In this document: one piece after another, positions 47,342 to 57,160 of the stretch
Layout: every line of letters starts with the position of its first letter
Position numbering within the stretch: position 1 is the stretch's first letter
Source: an uncultured virus (IMG/VR IMGVR_UViG_2875459517_000002)
Lineage: Duplodnaviria > Heunggongvirae > Uroviricota > Caudoviricetes
Reading direction: 5' to 3' (one strand)
IMG/VR virus record: IMGVR_UViG_2875459517_000002
Length of the DNA: 64,000 bases
The notes under the pieces: model-generated
Database searches by the model: none
What the model saw: only the letters and a program-made list of their open reading frames with translations
Told to the model about the DNA's origin: nothing
Position numbers and translations under genes: made by a program

Positions 47342-47980
47342 ATGAAGTATAAATTAAACCTGGCTAAGTATAGTATCTCAGAGACACTCGAGAAGGCAGC
47401 AGTTGATCGTGAGTTGGTTTATGTTAGAGCCGGGCAAAGGTGTTTAGGAAAGACCACCGCGCTCGTAGAGTTTGCTTGTAAGCACGACTGCGAAATCGTG
47501 GTTCATCATAATATGTTAGGCTACTACAAAACAGAGCATCCGGATATTAAGGTTAGATCCCATTCAAGTGGGAAGTGGGTTACTCCTAGCGATAGGTTTG
47601 TCTGCGATGAAGGTGTGCCTCAAGACGTAATCGACGCATTGAGACGAGGCGGCAACCTTATCACTGGATTCGTAAGAGTAAGTGATCCACTCCGCGATAG
47701 CTTTCATGACCAATTAATACGCGAGAACACGACGAACCTACTAACGATAGAACTAACGGATGAACAATCGATGCCTCGCGTTATATACAAAGGCGAAGAG
47801 CTTACGGGTAAGGTTGCGATAGAGTTTCTGTGGCATACCGATAATGCAGACGGAAAGGTTCCAACGTATATCAATATCGAGAAGCATAACGGCAACTGTA
47901 ATATCGAAAGGATAACGTACAATCCGGACTCTGCTGAGGTTAAGCGTTATAACTTGTACGGCGATCCAGTAGATGAATAG
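47342..47980 (+). CDS. Hypothetical protein with degenerate P-loop
   Basis: GQRCLGKTT...VCDEG; RBS ggggtgg. Confidence 0.55.
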   Translation: MKYKLNLAKYSISETLEKAAVDRELVYVRAGQRCLGKTTALVEFACKHDCEIVVHHNMLGYYKTEHPDIKVRSHSSGKWVTPSDRFVCDEGVPQDVIDALRRGGNLITGFVRVSDPLRDSFHDQLIRENTTNLLTIELTDEQSMPRVIYKGEELTGKVAIEFLWHTDNADGKVPTYINIEKHNGNCNIERITYNPDSAEVKRYNLYGDPVDE

Positions 47981-47991
47981 AGAACGGAGGG

Positions 47992-48312
47992 ATGACGTTG
48001 GATAACCCGATCAATAATGCGCTCGATTCCGTTGTGTATTTATATAATCGCAACTACGGTATAACGCCTGCATATATTAGGGCTTATCCCGGATATACAG
48101 AACCTATTACACTAGCTGTCTCAGCGTACGAGGACTACGGAAAGGTGAAGCTTCCGGGATACACTACGGAAGGAGAACGGGAATTCATTAAAAGGTACGT
48201 ATCTGCTCTAATAAACGATGAGGAAATCCAGCTTATCTTTACGAAGAGTTGCGATGGAACATTCGAATTACATCATAAACGCAAGACGAAAGGTGATACG
48301 GTCGATGCCTAA
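47992..48312 (+). CDS. Hypothetical protein
   Basis: RBS ggagg; coupled to the HNH gene. Confidence 0.5.
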   Translation: MTLDNPINNALDSVVYLYNRNYGITPAYIRAYPGYTEPITLAVSAYEDYGKVKLPGYTTEGEREFIKRYVSALINDEEIQLIFTKSCDGTFELHHKRKTKGDTVDA

Positions 48313-48640
48313 CTACTACGACAAACACAAGCGCGATCCCGAAGCACGAGCGTTCTATAAGTCGAAGGCATGGGCGGAATGCAGAGCGTTGGCTCTTACG
48401 CGCGACCACGGCTTATGCCAAGACTGTCTCAAAGAACGTAAGATAACGAAGGCTCAGACGGTTCATCATATCAAGGAGCTGCGTGATCATCCGGAACTCG
48501 CGCTAACGCTCGAAAATCTCGTAAGTTTGTGCAATCCGTGCCACAACCGAAGGCACCCGGAAAAAGGCGCTGGACCGGCTGGAAAGGCGAAGAAGCGCAG
48601 AATAAACGTGGTGAAGGCGCAGGCTAATCCGGAGCTATAG
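48305..48640 (+). CDS. Terminase-associated HNH endonuclease (HK97 gp74-like)
   Basis: FY.SKAW...R...L.RD..LCQDC, VHHI, NLVSLCNPCHN..H; precedes terS. Confidence 0.92.
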   Translation: MPNYYDKHKRDPEARAFYKSKAWAECRALALTRDHGLCQDCLKERKITKAQTVHHIKELRDHPELALTLENLVSLCNPCHNRRHPEKGAGPAGKAKKRRINVVKAQANPEL

Positions 48641-48745
48641 CCCCCCTACCGTTGGGATTTCGAAGGCAAAAACGTAAGGACCGGCGGGGCCCCTTCGCTT
48701 GTAGCGCGACCGGAAATTTTACATTAAAGGGGGTAAATCCCCCGA
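48641..48745. other. Probable cos packaging region
   Basis: Intergenic between HNH and terS; C-run, GC-rich GACCGGCGGGGCCC, then a G-run; exact nick sites not determinable. Confidence 0.55.
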
Positions 48746-48762
48746 ATGAAAGGAGCGATCAT

Positions 48763-49086
48763 ATGGCGGTACCCACTGCGAAAAGGCTGCGCGAATATCT
48801 TGGCGACAGGTATACGGAATCGGACGAAGAGCTTATCGATCTTTACGTCGATACGCATAAGTTCTACCGCCGATTAAAAAAGGAAGTGGCGGAAAACCCT
48901 TTAATGATGCGACATACGAACAAGGCAGGCGCGGAAAACCTCGTCAAAAATCCGTTAGCGATTGAGCTTACGAAGACGGTTACGACGTTGAATAACCTTC
49001 TGAAATCGCTCGATCTAACGCCGGCACAACGCAAAGAATTAAACGCGGGCGGTGATGACGATGACGACGATTTCAGTAAATTCTAA
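48763..49086 (+). CDS. terS: Terminase small subunit (P27-like)
   Basis: TNKAGAENLVKNP...L.LTPAQR, acidic tail; RBS aaggag. Confidence 0.88.
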   Translation: MAVPTAKRLREYLGDRYTESDEELIDLYVDTHKFYRRLKKEVAENPLMMRHTNKAGAENLVKNPLAIELTKTVTTLNNLLKSLDLTPAQRKELNAGGDDDDDDFSKF

Positions 49087-50842
49087 CGCCACAGAGGTCG
49101 AAAAATGGTACGAAAACTGGCTAAAAACGCAAAAAATAGCCGGATTTATACGCGAAAAACCGTCCGAAAAGTTGCTGACGACTTGGTATGCGGAAAAGGT
49201 AGCTGCGGGTGAAATAGTCGCGAGTAAGAAAAATATTCTCGCCTGTAAACGTCACCTTCGCGATCTTGAACGCGCCGGTACAGACGAATTCCCTTACGTC
49301 TTTGACGAAGAAAAAGGGCACCGGCCGATCCAATTTATCGAGCGGTACTGCAAGCCGTCACAGGGCCGTTATTCAAACTTAACGCTTCAGCCGTGGCAGC
49401 ACTTCGTAATCGGATCGCTGTACGGTTGGGTTCATCGCGATACTGGACTACGGCGTTTCCGCGAAGGTCTTATATTTGTCGGCCGTAAGAACGGAAAAAC
49501 AACGAAAATCAGCGGTTTAGCCAACTTTGCGATAACAAAAGACGGTGAACCAGGCGCTAGAGCCTACGTTTTAGCCAACTCGAAGCAGCAAGCGGGCGTG
49601 CTTTTCGAAGAGAGTCGCGCCATGATTAGAAAATCGCCGAAGCTTCGTAAACATATTCGCGAAAATCAGAAAGGCATTTATCACGACGCATCAATGAGTC
49701 AGATCGAAGCGCGGGCGTCAGATAGCGAAAAGTTGGACGGTTTGAACACGCATCTCGGTATATTCGATGAGATCCACGAATTCAAAGATTCGAAGCTTAT
49801 CAGCGTAATCAAGAACTCAAGGGCTGCGCGGACCCAGCCGTTAATCATTTACATCACGACGGCGGGCTATCAGCTCGACGGTCCCTTAGTCGAATATTAC
49901 GAAATTGCCTCCGATGTTCTTGACGGAAGCAACGTTCAGGAGCGTAATTTCTACTTTATGGCGGAATTAGACGACATATCCGAGGTCGAAAACCCCGAAA
50001 TGTGGATCAAAGCGAACCCCAATATCGGTGTAACGATGGATATTCCGTCAATGATCCAAGACTTTAACGCGGACCGACACGTACCACGCGAATACAACGA
50101 CTGGCTGGTCAAGCGGTTCAATATCTTCGTTGACAACGGCGAAGAAAGCTTTATTGACTTCGAAGTCATCAAGCGCAATAACGGACGGGTCGATCCGGAA
50201 TCGTTGCGTGGTATGAGATGCATAGGCGGCTTCGACTTATCGCAGACGGAAGATTTTACGAGCGCGTGTCTGGAATTTATTTTGCCGGATAATCGCGTTT
50301 TTGTTTTGTCTCATTCGTGGGTTCCGGCGGCAAAAGTACAAAAAGATAACGAAAAAATTGACTACCGTGGGTTTGAAGCTGACGGTTATTTGACGATTAT
50401 TCCGGGTGAATACGTAGAATACGAGTACGTTTACGATTGGTTCGTTGAAATGTCACGCAAATATCAGATCGAAAAGATCACGTTTGACCCAGCGAATGCG
50501 ATGCGGTTGGTGCAAGACCTGCAGAACTACGGATTCCAAACGGAGGTCGTGCGGCAGGGCTATATTACGCTGAGCGATCCATTGAAGAACGTTAAAGAAT
50601 TATTGCTCGACGGAAGAGTCGTATATAACGAAAACAAACTCTTCACGTGGTACTTAAACAACGTCAAACTCGTCGAGGATCGTAACGGAAACTGGCTGCC
50701 GACCAAACAGACGCGCTACCGAAAAATAGACGGCTTTGCTGCGTTCCTTAACGCCCATTCGCAGGTATATCTCGACATGACGAAGCCGGTTGGAGGCGGA
50801 AGCGTCGGGTTTATCTCAATTAACGATCTATTAAACGGTTAG
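49052..50842 (+). CDS. terL: Terminase large subunit
   Basis: LQPWQ.F, GRKNGKT, FDEIHE, ITTAG, GGFDLS, KIDG. Confidence 0.97.
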   Translation: MMTMTTISVNSNATEVEKWYENWLKTQKIAGFIREKPSEKLLTTWYAEKVAAGEIVASKKNILACKRHLRDLERAGTDEFPYVFDEEKGHRPIQFIERYCKPSQGRYSNLTLQPWQHFVIGSLYGWVHRDTGLRRFREGLIFVGRKNGKTTKISGLANFAITKDGEPGARAYVLANSKQQAGVLFEESRAMIRKSPKLRKHIRENQKGIYHDASMSQIEARASDSEKLDGLNTHLGIFDEIHEFKDSKLISVIKNSRAARTQPLIIYITTAGYQLDGPLVEYYEIASDVLDGSNVQERNFYFMAELDDISEVENPEMWIKANPNIGVTMDIPSMIQDFNADRHVPREYNDWLVKRFNIFVDNGEESFIDFEVIKRNNGRVDPESLRGMRCIGGFDLSQTEDFTSACLEFILPDNRVFVLSHSWVPAAKVQKDNEKIDYRGFEADGYLTIIPGEYVEYEYVYDWFVEMSRKYQIEKITFDPANAMRLVQDLQNYGFQTEVVRQGYITLSDPLKNVKELLLDGRVVYNENKLFTWYLNNVKLVEDRNGNWLPTKQTRYRKIDGFAAFLNAHSQVYLDMTKPVGGGSVGFISINDLLNG

Positions 50843-50853
50843 GAGGTGAGAAA

Positions 50854-52119
50854 ATGGGCTTTTGGAGCAACGTACGAAGCTTTTTCGGAGGCGCAACCGA
50901 AGCAAAGGCGGCCGTTAAAAAGGACCTACCGCATTGGTTTATTCCTCGCGCCAGTATTTTCGGCAACTACGGGGAGACAACGCTGGCAGATAACGAAACG
51001 GTCTTTTCGGCAGTATCGCGGCTGTCAAATACGATGGCAAGCTTACCGATCAAGGCGTACAAAAATTATCAGCCGATTGAGTCGCAGGCATCCGAATTAT
51101 TAACGTACGCGCCGAACCATAACATGACTTCCGGTGAAATGATCGGACTTTTAGAGACTCATCGGGATATTTTCGGGAATGGATACGCGTTAAAGCGGTA
51201 TGGAATGCGTTATGAAGTCATCGGATTGGATGTTTTAGACCCTTCGAGAGTGCAGCCGGTCATTGAAGAATCGACTCGCGAGCTCTGGTACGAGATATTC
51301 GGTGATAACGGAAATTATTTCGTTCATAACATGGATATCATTCACGTTAAGCATGTATCCGTTGACGGACTGAAAGGAATCTCGCCGTTAAAGGTACTGC
51401 GGAACGCGCTCGACTTTGATCGCGATGTAAGGACGTTCAGTCTCGAACAGATGGACGGCGCCAAGATATCGTTCATTCTAAAAGTCGCCAACCAACTCGA
51501 TGATGATCGGAAAACAGCGATGTTAGAGAACTTCCGGAACTTCTATTCGAACAATGGCGGCATTCTAATTCAAGAACCTGGTGTAGAAATTAAGGATTTA
51601 AAGAAAGAATTCATCGATACTAAGGCGTTTGAGGTCGAAAAAGTGACTCGTTCTAGGGTTGCGCAGGCTTTTAACATTCCGTTATATATGCTCGGTGAAA
51701 CGCAAGGCAGCGTATCGAACATGGAGCAACTTTACATCGATTATGTACAAGGCACACTGATGCCTATCGCAACTCAATACGAGAAGGAATTTAACCGGAA
51801 GCTGCTGACCGAAAAGGAACGCAAGGCCGGCTATTATTTTAAGTTCAGTATGAACGCGTTATTGCGTGGAGACATGCAGACTCGCGGTAATTTCTATCAA
51901 CAAGGCATCCGGAGCGGTTGGTTTAAGCCGAACGAGGTGCGTGCATGGGAGGATTTACCGCCAGAAAAGGGCGGAGACACGCTTTATTTGAGCAAAGATT
52001 TATTCCCGATCGATCAAGTCGCACAGCAGAAAATCATGAGCACCGACGCACCGACACCTCCAACATTAAAGAATGACGAAGCTGATAACGAAGACTCGAA
52101 AGGAGGTGAGGACGATTAA
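50854..52119 (+). CDS. Portal protein (HK97 family)
   Basis: GNGY, IIHVK, GISPL, VAQAFNIP, LLRGD, NEVR..EDLPP..GGD. Confidence 0.95.
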   Translation: MGFWSNVRSFFGGATEAKAAVKKDLPHWFIPRASIFGNYGETTLADNETVFSAVSRLSNTMASLPIKAYKNYQPIESQASELLTYAPNHNMTSGEMIGLLETHRDIFGNGYALKRYGMRYEVIGLDVLDPSRVQPVIEESTRELWYEIFGDNGNYFVHNMDIIHVKHVSVDGLKGISPLKVLRNALDFDRDVRTFSLEQMDGAKISFILKVANQLDDDRKTAMLENFRNFYSNNGGILIQEPGVEIKDLKKEFIDTKAFEVEKVTRSRVAQAFNIPLYMLGETQGSVSNMEQLYIDYVQGTLMPIATQYEKEFNRKLLTEKERKAGYYFKFSMNALLRGDMQTRGNFYQQGIRSGWFKPNEVRAWEDLPPEKGGDTLYLSKDLFPIDQVAQQKIMSTDAPTPPTLKNDEADNEDSKGGEDD

Positions 52120-52852
52120 GAAGTTCTGGGAAATCAAAGCGGCGAAGAATGACGCTAAAGCTGGCGAGGTTTACATTTACAGCGAAATCAGCTCGGCTCA
52201 ATTTTGGGGCGACGAGGTAACAGCACAGACTTTTAAAGCGGATTTAGACGAACTTGGCGACGTTTCAACGCTAAATATCTATATTAACTCGCCCGGCGGT
52301 TCCGTTTTCGAAGGCAATTCGATCTACAACATCATAAAGCGGCACAAAGCCCACGTTAACGTTTACGTCGACGGGCTGGCGGCCAGTATCGCAAGCGTCA
52401 TCGCAATGTCCGGTGACGCTATTTTTATGCCCGCAAACGCGATGATGATGATTCACAACCCGTGGACGTTAGCGCAGGGCAACGCGGACGAACTTCGCAA
52501 GCAGGCCGATGACATGGACCGTATTCGCGAAAGTCTTATCGAGGCTTATCTCGGAAAAGCAGGCGAAAAGCTTGATCGCGACCGTTTAATCGCGCTTTTG
52601 GACGCAGAAACGTGGCTTACAGCGCAAGAATGCCTCGAATTAGGGCTCTGCGACAGTATCGAAGCCCCTAAACAAGTGGCCGCGAAGGTAGATACAAAGT
52701 TATTCGCGAGTTACAGGAATACGCCTGACGCTTTACTTAATCAGACGCAAGATGACGAAAAACAGGCGGAAAGAGAGCGCTTGTTCCGTGAGCAACTTAT
52801 CGCGGAATCACAAACAAATCTAATGAAATTACAAACTGGAGGAATTTATTAA
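52115..52852 (+). CDS. ClpP-type prohead protease (probable ATT start)
   Basis: INSPGGSVFEG, DGLAASIASVI, MIHNPW, ETWLTA; RBS ggaggtga precedes ATT. Confidence 0.93.
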   Translation: MKKFWEIKAAKNDAKAGEVYIYSEISSAQFWGDEVTAQTFKADLDELGDVSTLNIYINSPGGSVFEGNSIYNIIKRHKAHVNVYVDGLAASIASVIAMSGDAIFMPANAMMMIHNPWTLAQGNADELRKQADDMDRIRESLIEAYLGKAGEKLDRDRLIALLDAETWLTAQECLELGLCDSIEAPKQVAAKVDTKLFASYRNTPDALLNQTQDDEKQAERERLFREQLIAESQTNLMKLQTGGIY

Positions 52853-54006
52853 TGGAACTTTTCGATCTTAAAAGAAATTTGAGCACAGTAGCAAGCCAGT
52901 TGAAAGCAACAGAAACTTCTATCACAGAGAAGGCGGCAGATCCGAATGTACCTCTCGAAGATGTTAAGGCCCTTAAAGAAAAGAGAGACGATCTTAAAGA
53001 GCGTTATGATTTGTTGAAAAATCAGCATGATGCGCTTGAGAACGAGCAAAAAGCACAAATTCAAGCCAGTCTTGATAGAGCACAGGCCGGCGTAACCCCA
53101 GGCCTAAACAGTCCTGATCCTAAAGTGCAAAAAACAGCGGCAAAAGCAAGTCTTATTCGTGCTGCTATGCGGGGTAAAACTCCGTCCCAAGAAGTTCGCG
53201 CAGCGTTAGGTGATAACAACGGAACTGGCGGCGAAAAATTACTCCCTAAAACGGTATCACAAGAGCTGTTATATGAGCCGTTTGTTAAAAACCCACTTAG
53301 AGAAGTTTCAACTTACACAAGCATTACTAACTTGGAGTTGCCAAAAGTAGACTTCACTCTTGGAGATGATGGATTCATCCAAGATTTAGAAACAGCTAAA
53401 GAGCTAGAAGTTGAAGGCAGCTCACTTTCTTTCGACCGTAACAAATTTAAAGTAATGGCTCTAGTCTCTGAAACTACAGTGGCCGCAACTGACACTGATC
53501 TTGTAGCAACTGTTGATCGTGCGCTTCAGTCCGGTCTTGCTGCGAAGGAGAAAAAGGTCGCATTTGCAACCGCACCGAAAGCTGGCGAAGAGGAGATGTC
53601 ATTCTACGGCGCCAAAATCAAAGAAGTTGAAGGTGCGGATTTATATGAAGCCATTACGAATTCAATTGCGGATCTTGCTGAGGACTTCCGTGACAATGCG
53701 AAAGTCATGATGCGTTACTCTGATTACATGAAAATCGTACGCGATTTAGCTAATGGAAGCTCTACTCTATACGGTGCTCAGCCGGAGCAAATTATCGGTA
53801 AGCCAGTCGTATTCTCTGACGCTGCTGTTAAACCGATTATCGGCGACTTCCGTTACTCTCACTTCAACTACGATCCAGCGATCACTTACGAGAGCGACAA
53901 AGACATCAAGACTGGCGAAAACGCATTCGTGTTGACTGCTTGGTTCGATCATAAAATCAAGCTTAAATCTGCGTTCCGTATTGCATCCGTAGTAACTGCG
54001 CCCTAA
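52852..54006 (+). CDS. Major capsid protein (HK97 fold with delta domain)
   Basis: N-terminal coiled coil, GG..LP, IIGKPV; position after the protease. Confidence 0.92.
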   Translation: MELFDLKRNLSTVASQLKATETSITEKAADPNVPLEDVKALKEKRDDLKERYDLLKNQHDALENEQKAQIQASLDRAQAGVTPGLNSPDPKVQKTAAKASLIRAAMRGKTPSQEVRAALGDNNGTGGEKLLPKTVSQELLYEPFVKNPLREVSTYTSITNLELPKVDFTLGDDGFIQDLETAKELEVEGSSLSFDRNKFKVMALVSETTVAATDTDLVATVDRALQSGLAAKEKKVAFATAPKAGEEEMSFYGAKIKEVEGADLYEAITNSIADLAEDFRDNAKVMMRYSDYMKIVRDLANGSSTLYGAQPEQIIGKPVVFSDAAVKPIIGDFRYSHFNYDPAITYESDKDIKTGENAFVLTAWFDHKIKLKSAFRIASVVTAP

Positions 54007-54535
54007 TGCGCCCCAAGGGTTAACGGCGACTCCTAAAGACACATCGGTGTCCCTTAATTGGGACGCCGTAACCTTCAATGGGGGCATTAAAGAATACGAG
54101 GTATACAGAGACGGAGTATCTATCGGATCTCGCGTAGGGACTTCGTTCGCAGACAGCGGCTTGACGCAATTAACAACGTATAAGTATCAGGTGCGCGCAA
54201 TTCCTAACGCCGGCGACCCGTCGCCACTTAGCGCCGAGCTTTCGGTGACTACGTTAGCGACCGAACCTACAGGCGTCAACGTAACGGAAACCTCCAAGAC
54301 CTTAACGGTGGGCGATACGTATAAGATTAACGCAACGGTCACGCCTTCAAGCGCAGACCAAAGCGTGACTTTTACGTCTAGTAGCACCGCGACAGCAACC
54401 GTATCTAGCTCCGGCTTAGTAACGGCTAAAGCGGGCGGCACAACCACGATCACTGTCGCGTCTAAGTCGAAACCTTCGGTTAAGAAAACGGTGGCTATTA
54501 CGGTCAACGAACCGGCACCTCCGGCAGGTGAATAA
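54002..54535 (+). CDS. FN3 plus Ig-like (Big_2) capsid extension, reached by +1 frameshift at CCC-TAA
   Basis: +1 frame reads PNAPQGLTATPKDTSVSLNWD... straight from the capsid stop; no RBS; TTYKYQVRA and VTFTSS...ATVSSSGLVTA. Confidence 0.85.
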   Translation, partial: PNAPQGLTATPKDTSVSLNWDAVTFNGGIKEYEVYRDGVSIGSRVGTSFADSGLTQLTTYKYQVRAIPNAGDPSPLSAELSVTTLATEPTGVNVTETSKTLTVGDTYKINATVTPSSADQSVTFTSSSTATATVSSSGLVTAKAGGTTTITVASKSKPSVKKTVAITVNEPAPPAGE

Positions 54536-54537
54536 CG

Positions 54538-54777
54538 ATGGCACTTACGCTTGATGAAGCAAAAGAATACTTGCGGATTGATGGAGATGAGGATGATAAC
54601 CTCGTCTCCTTTTTTATTTCCGCAGCAGAAAAGCATATGGAAAACGCAGGCGTAAAGGATACCGAATCGGACCTGTACAAAATGGCGGCACTGATCTTTG
54701 TTGCGGACGCCTACGAAAACAGGACGACAGCTAACAGTGGAACAAAAATCGCCGGTATGATCCTTCAATTGAGGTGA
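54538..54777 (+). CDS. Head-tail connector (gp6-like)
   Basis: LDEAKEYLRIDGDEDD...AAE...YENR. Confidence 0.9.
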   Translation: MALTLDEAKEYLRIDGDEDDNLVSFFISAAEKHMENAGVKDTESDLYKMAALIFVADAYENRTTANSGTKIAGMILQLR

Positions 54778-55124
54778 GCGCTATGGCGGTAAACATCGGA
54801 AGTTTTAATAATCGGATCACGTTTTTGCAATACGCAAACACAACGAATGACGAAGGGTTTGAGATCGATGGCTGGACGCCGGTTGCCACGGTTTGGTCGG
54901 CAGTAAAGACGTTACAGGGCCGAGAATTTATTGCGGCAGCCACAATTCAGGCCGAGAGAACGACCCGTTTTATCATTCGTTATTCAAAGCGAATGAAGAC
55001 GCTGCTTAATAACAAGATGCGCGTTAAATATGACGGACGAGAGTTCGAGATCGAAAGCATTATCAACGATAACGAAGCAAACGTTACCTTCACGATTATT
55101 GCGAAGGAGGTCGACGTTAAGTGA
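54774..55124 (+). CDS. Head closure/head-tail adaptor
   Basis: NRITF, VWSAV..LQGREF, F.IRY, FEIESI. Confidence 0.88.
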   Translation: MSAMAVNIGSFNNRITFLQYANTTNDEGFEIDGWTPVATVWSAVKTLQGREFIAAATIQAERTTRFIIRYSKRMKTLLNNKMRVKYDGREFEIESIINDNEANVTFTIIAKEVDVK

Positions 55125-55549
55125 GTTCAAGATCAAACGTTAAAGGCATGCGCGAGCTGATGGCGAGGCTAAACCGGATGGGACGGGAATCTCAGTCCGT
55201 TAAGAAAGGCGCGCTTGAGGCCGGCGCTAAGCCGGTATTTGACGAGATGGAAGCGCGAAAGCCTAGCGCACAAAGTAAGATCCTGGTCAGCGACGTTAAG
55301 AATGACATTATCGAAATCGGACCGAGCGACCTTGATTTTATATCGCGATTCGCTGAGTTCGGTACTAGTCCGCACTTAGAAAAAGCGAAGAACAAAAAGG
55401 TCATGAGCGACGGTTCTACGTTTTACGGAAGAGAAGTCGATCACCCAGGGCACCAAGCGATACCTTTCATTGAGCCGTCTTTCAACGCGAAAAAGAACGA
55501 AGCACAGCGCGAAATCAGACGCTATTTAGAAAGGGAGTTATTTCGATGA
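55121..55549 (+). CDS. HK97 gp10-like neck protein
   Basis: FAEFGTS...HPG....PFIEPSF. Confidence 0.85.
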   Translation: MSSRSNVKGMRELMARLNRMGRESQSVKKGALEAGAKPVFDEMEARKPSAQSKILVSDVKNDIIEIGPSDLDFISRFAEFGTSPHLEKAKNKKVMSDGSTFYGREVDHPGHQAIPFIEPSFNAKKNEAQREIRRYLERELFR

Positions 55550-55890
55550 GTGCACGGGCAATCGTTAACTCGGCGCTTAAACCGTTGGGCGTGCCCGTTG
55601 TTTTTCTTAAGTATCGCGGAGAGGACGAAACATACGTCCGGTTTTTCTTCTACGACGAAAAGAGCGCACTCAATGCGGAAGACGCTGAAGAAGCAACGGG
55701 ATTTTACGTTCAAGTTGATATTTATACGAAGGACCCAAGCGAATACGCTCGGTTAGAAACTGGCGTTAAGAAACAGCTCGTCGATGCGGGCTTTGGGCGC
55801 TTAGGGCAGTACGACCTATACGAACATGAAACGGAGATCTACCACAAGGTTCTCCGTTTTTATTATGCGCAAAATACGGAGGAGGAATAA
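55546..55890 (+). CDS. Tail terminator/completion protein
   Basis: VQVDIYT, GF, YE.ETEIYHK.LRF; synteny. Confidence 0.8.
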   Translation: MSARAIVNSALKPLGVPVVFLKYRGEDETYVRFFFYDEKSALNAEDAEEATGFYVQVDIYTKDPSEYARLETGVKKQLVDAGFGRLGQYDLYEHETEIYHKVLRFYYAQNTEEE

Positions 55891-55892
55891 AT

Positions 55893-56495
55893 TTGGCAGG
55901 AACACGCATGGGATTACGCGATATTTACTTTGCGAAATTGATTAAGGACGATGAAGCGGGCGCCACTTATGATAAACCGGTTAAGATCGGTAAGGCAATT
56001 GAAGCGTCCATTTCACCGAACACAAACAGCGAAACTTTGAACGCGGATGATGGACCGTCTGAGATCGAAACGGCTTTCGGCGGCGTCGAGGTAGAGATCG
56101 GCGTTGACCAGTTGTCCCACGACATTCAGGCGTTATTACTCGGACATACGGTTAATGCTGATGGCGTACTTGAAAAGAAAGACACCGATTTGGCGCCATA
56201 CGGTGCGTTACTCTTTAAATCGCAAGTATCGGGCGGCGGCGATAAGCTCTACGCGCTGTATAAAGGTAAATTCCAGCTGCAGGAAGAAGAGTTCGCTACT
56301 AAAACGGATAGTCCGGAATTCCAAACGGATTCAATTTCCGGCACATTCATGCGTCGTGAGTTTGATGGTGTTTGGGGCCGTTCAGTTTACACGAAAGGTG
56401 AAGGCGTTAATCAAACGGTTATTAACGAATGGTTCACGAAAGTTTACGAGCCTTCATCGTCTACCGGCGGCGAAACACCGCCTTCAGGCGAGTAA
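55893..56495 (+). CDS. Major tail tube protein (phi13-like)
   Basis: GL..IYFA, L.ADDG, APYGAL.F, LYKGKF, F.TD.I.G.F. Confidence 0.9.
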   Translation: MAGTRMGLRDIYFAKLIKDDEAGATYDKPVKIGKAIEASISPNTNSETLNADDGPSEIETAFGGVEVEIGVDQLSHDIQALLLGHTVNADGVLEKKDTDLAPYGALLFKSQVSGGGDKLYALYKGKFQLQEEEFATKTDSPEFQTDSISGTFMRREFDGVWGRSVYTKGEGVNQTVINEWFTKVYEPSSSTGGETPPSGE

Positions 56496-56508
56496 TAGAT
56501 TCATATCG

Positions 56509-56541
56509 GAGAGTCCGGCTGCGGCCGGCTCTCTTTTATTT
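56509..56541 (+). terminator. Terminator after the major tail gene
   Basis: gagagtccggc-tgcg-gccggctctc-ttttattt. Confidence 0.75.
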
Positions 56542-56580
56542 GTTCACTCAAAAAAAACAACAAATTAGGAGAGTGTTTGC

Positions 56581-56919
56581 ATGCAAATTACATTACTTAT
56601 CAAAGGTGAAGAAAAGGTATTTCACGCACCATTTATTAAAGGAAGAATGCTTCGCGAAGCTATCAAGCTATCGAAAACAAGCAATTTTGACGAACTAGAC
56701 GTCGGCGATCTCGATAACCTCGTTGATTACGTCGTTCGTGTTTATGACAACCAGTTCTCACTTGACGAATTCTACGACGGCATTGCTTCCGAAAAAATGA
56801 TTCCAACTATTTCCGATACCATTCAGGGCGTTGTCGGGACGGTAAATGCAGGCGTTGAACAGTCTGAAGCTGCGAAAGGTGAAGGCGAAGCCACTGCGGA
56901 GACTCCGGCAAAAAACTAA
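56581..56919 (+). CDS. Tail assembly chaperone (gpG-like)
   Basis: YDNQFSLDEFYDG; position before the tape measure; ends in slippery A-AAA-AAC. Confidence 0.85.
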   Translation: MQITLLIKGEEKVFHAPFIKGRMLREAIKLSKTSNFDELDVGDLDNLVDYVVRVYDNQFSLDEFYDGIASEKMIPTISDTIQGVVGTVNAGVEQSEAAKGEGEATAETPAKN

Positions 56920-57146
56920 CGCCGGGGTACCTTTTCCCGTTAGACTTCCTCGAAAAGCTTGAGAACGACCTTAAAAAACTTTATCTCGATAACATGGAGC
57001 GTCCACAAGATATCTATTACTTTGACGAAATGGATATCGGTTGGTTCTTCGAGCTTATGCACTATTCCGATAGCGGACAAAACAAGCGCGGCGGTTCAAG
57101 CGGCGGGAAGAAGGAAGTCTATATCGATCAGGTACTCGGTTTTTAG
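56916..57146 (+). CDS. Tail chaperone gpGT-like extension in the -1 frame
   Basis: Hand-translated LTPGYLFPLDFLEKL...DEMDIGWFFEL...VYIDQVLGF; open from the slippery site to the tape-measure RBS. Confidence 0.8.
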   Translation, partial: LTPGYLFPLDFLEKLENDLKKLYLDNMERPQDIYYFDEMDIGWFFELMHYSDSGQNKRGGSSGGKKEVYIDQVLGF

Positions 57147-57160
57147 AAAGGAGGTAAAGC

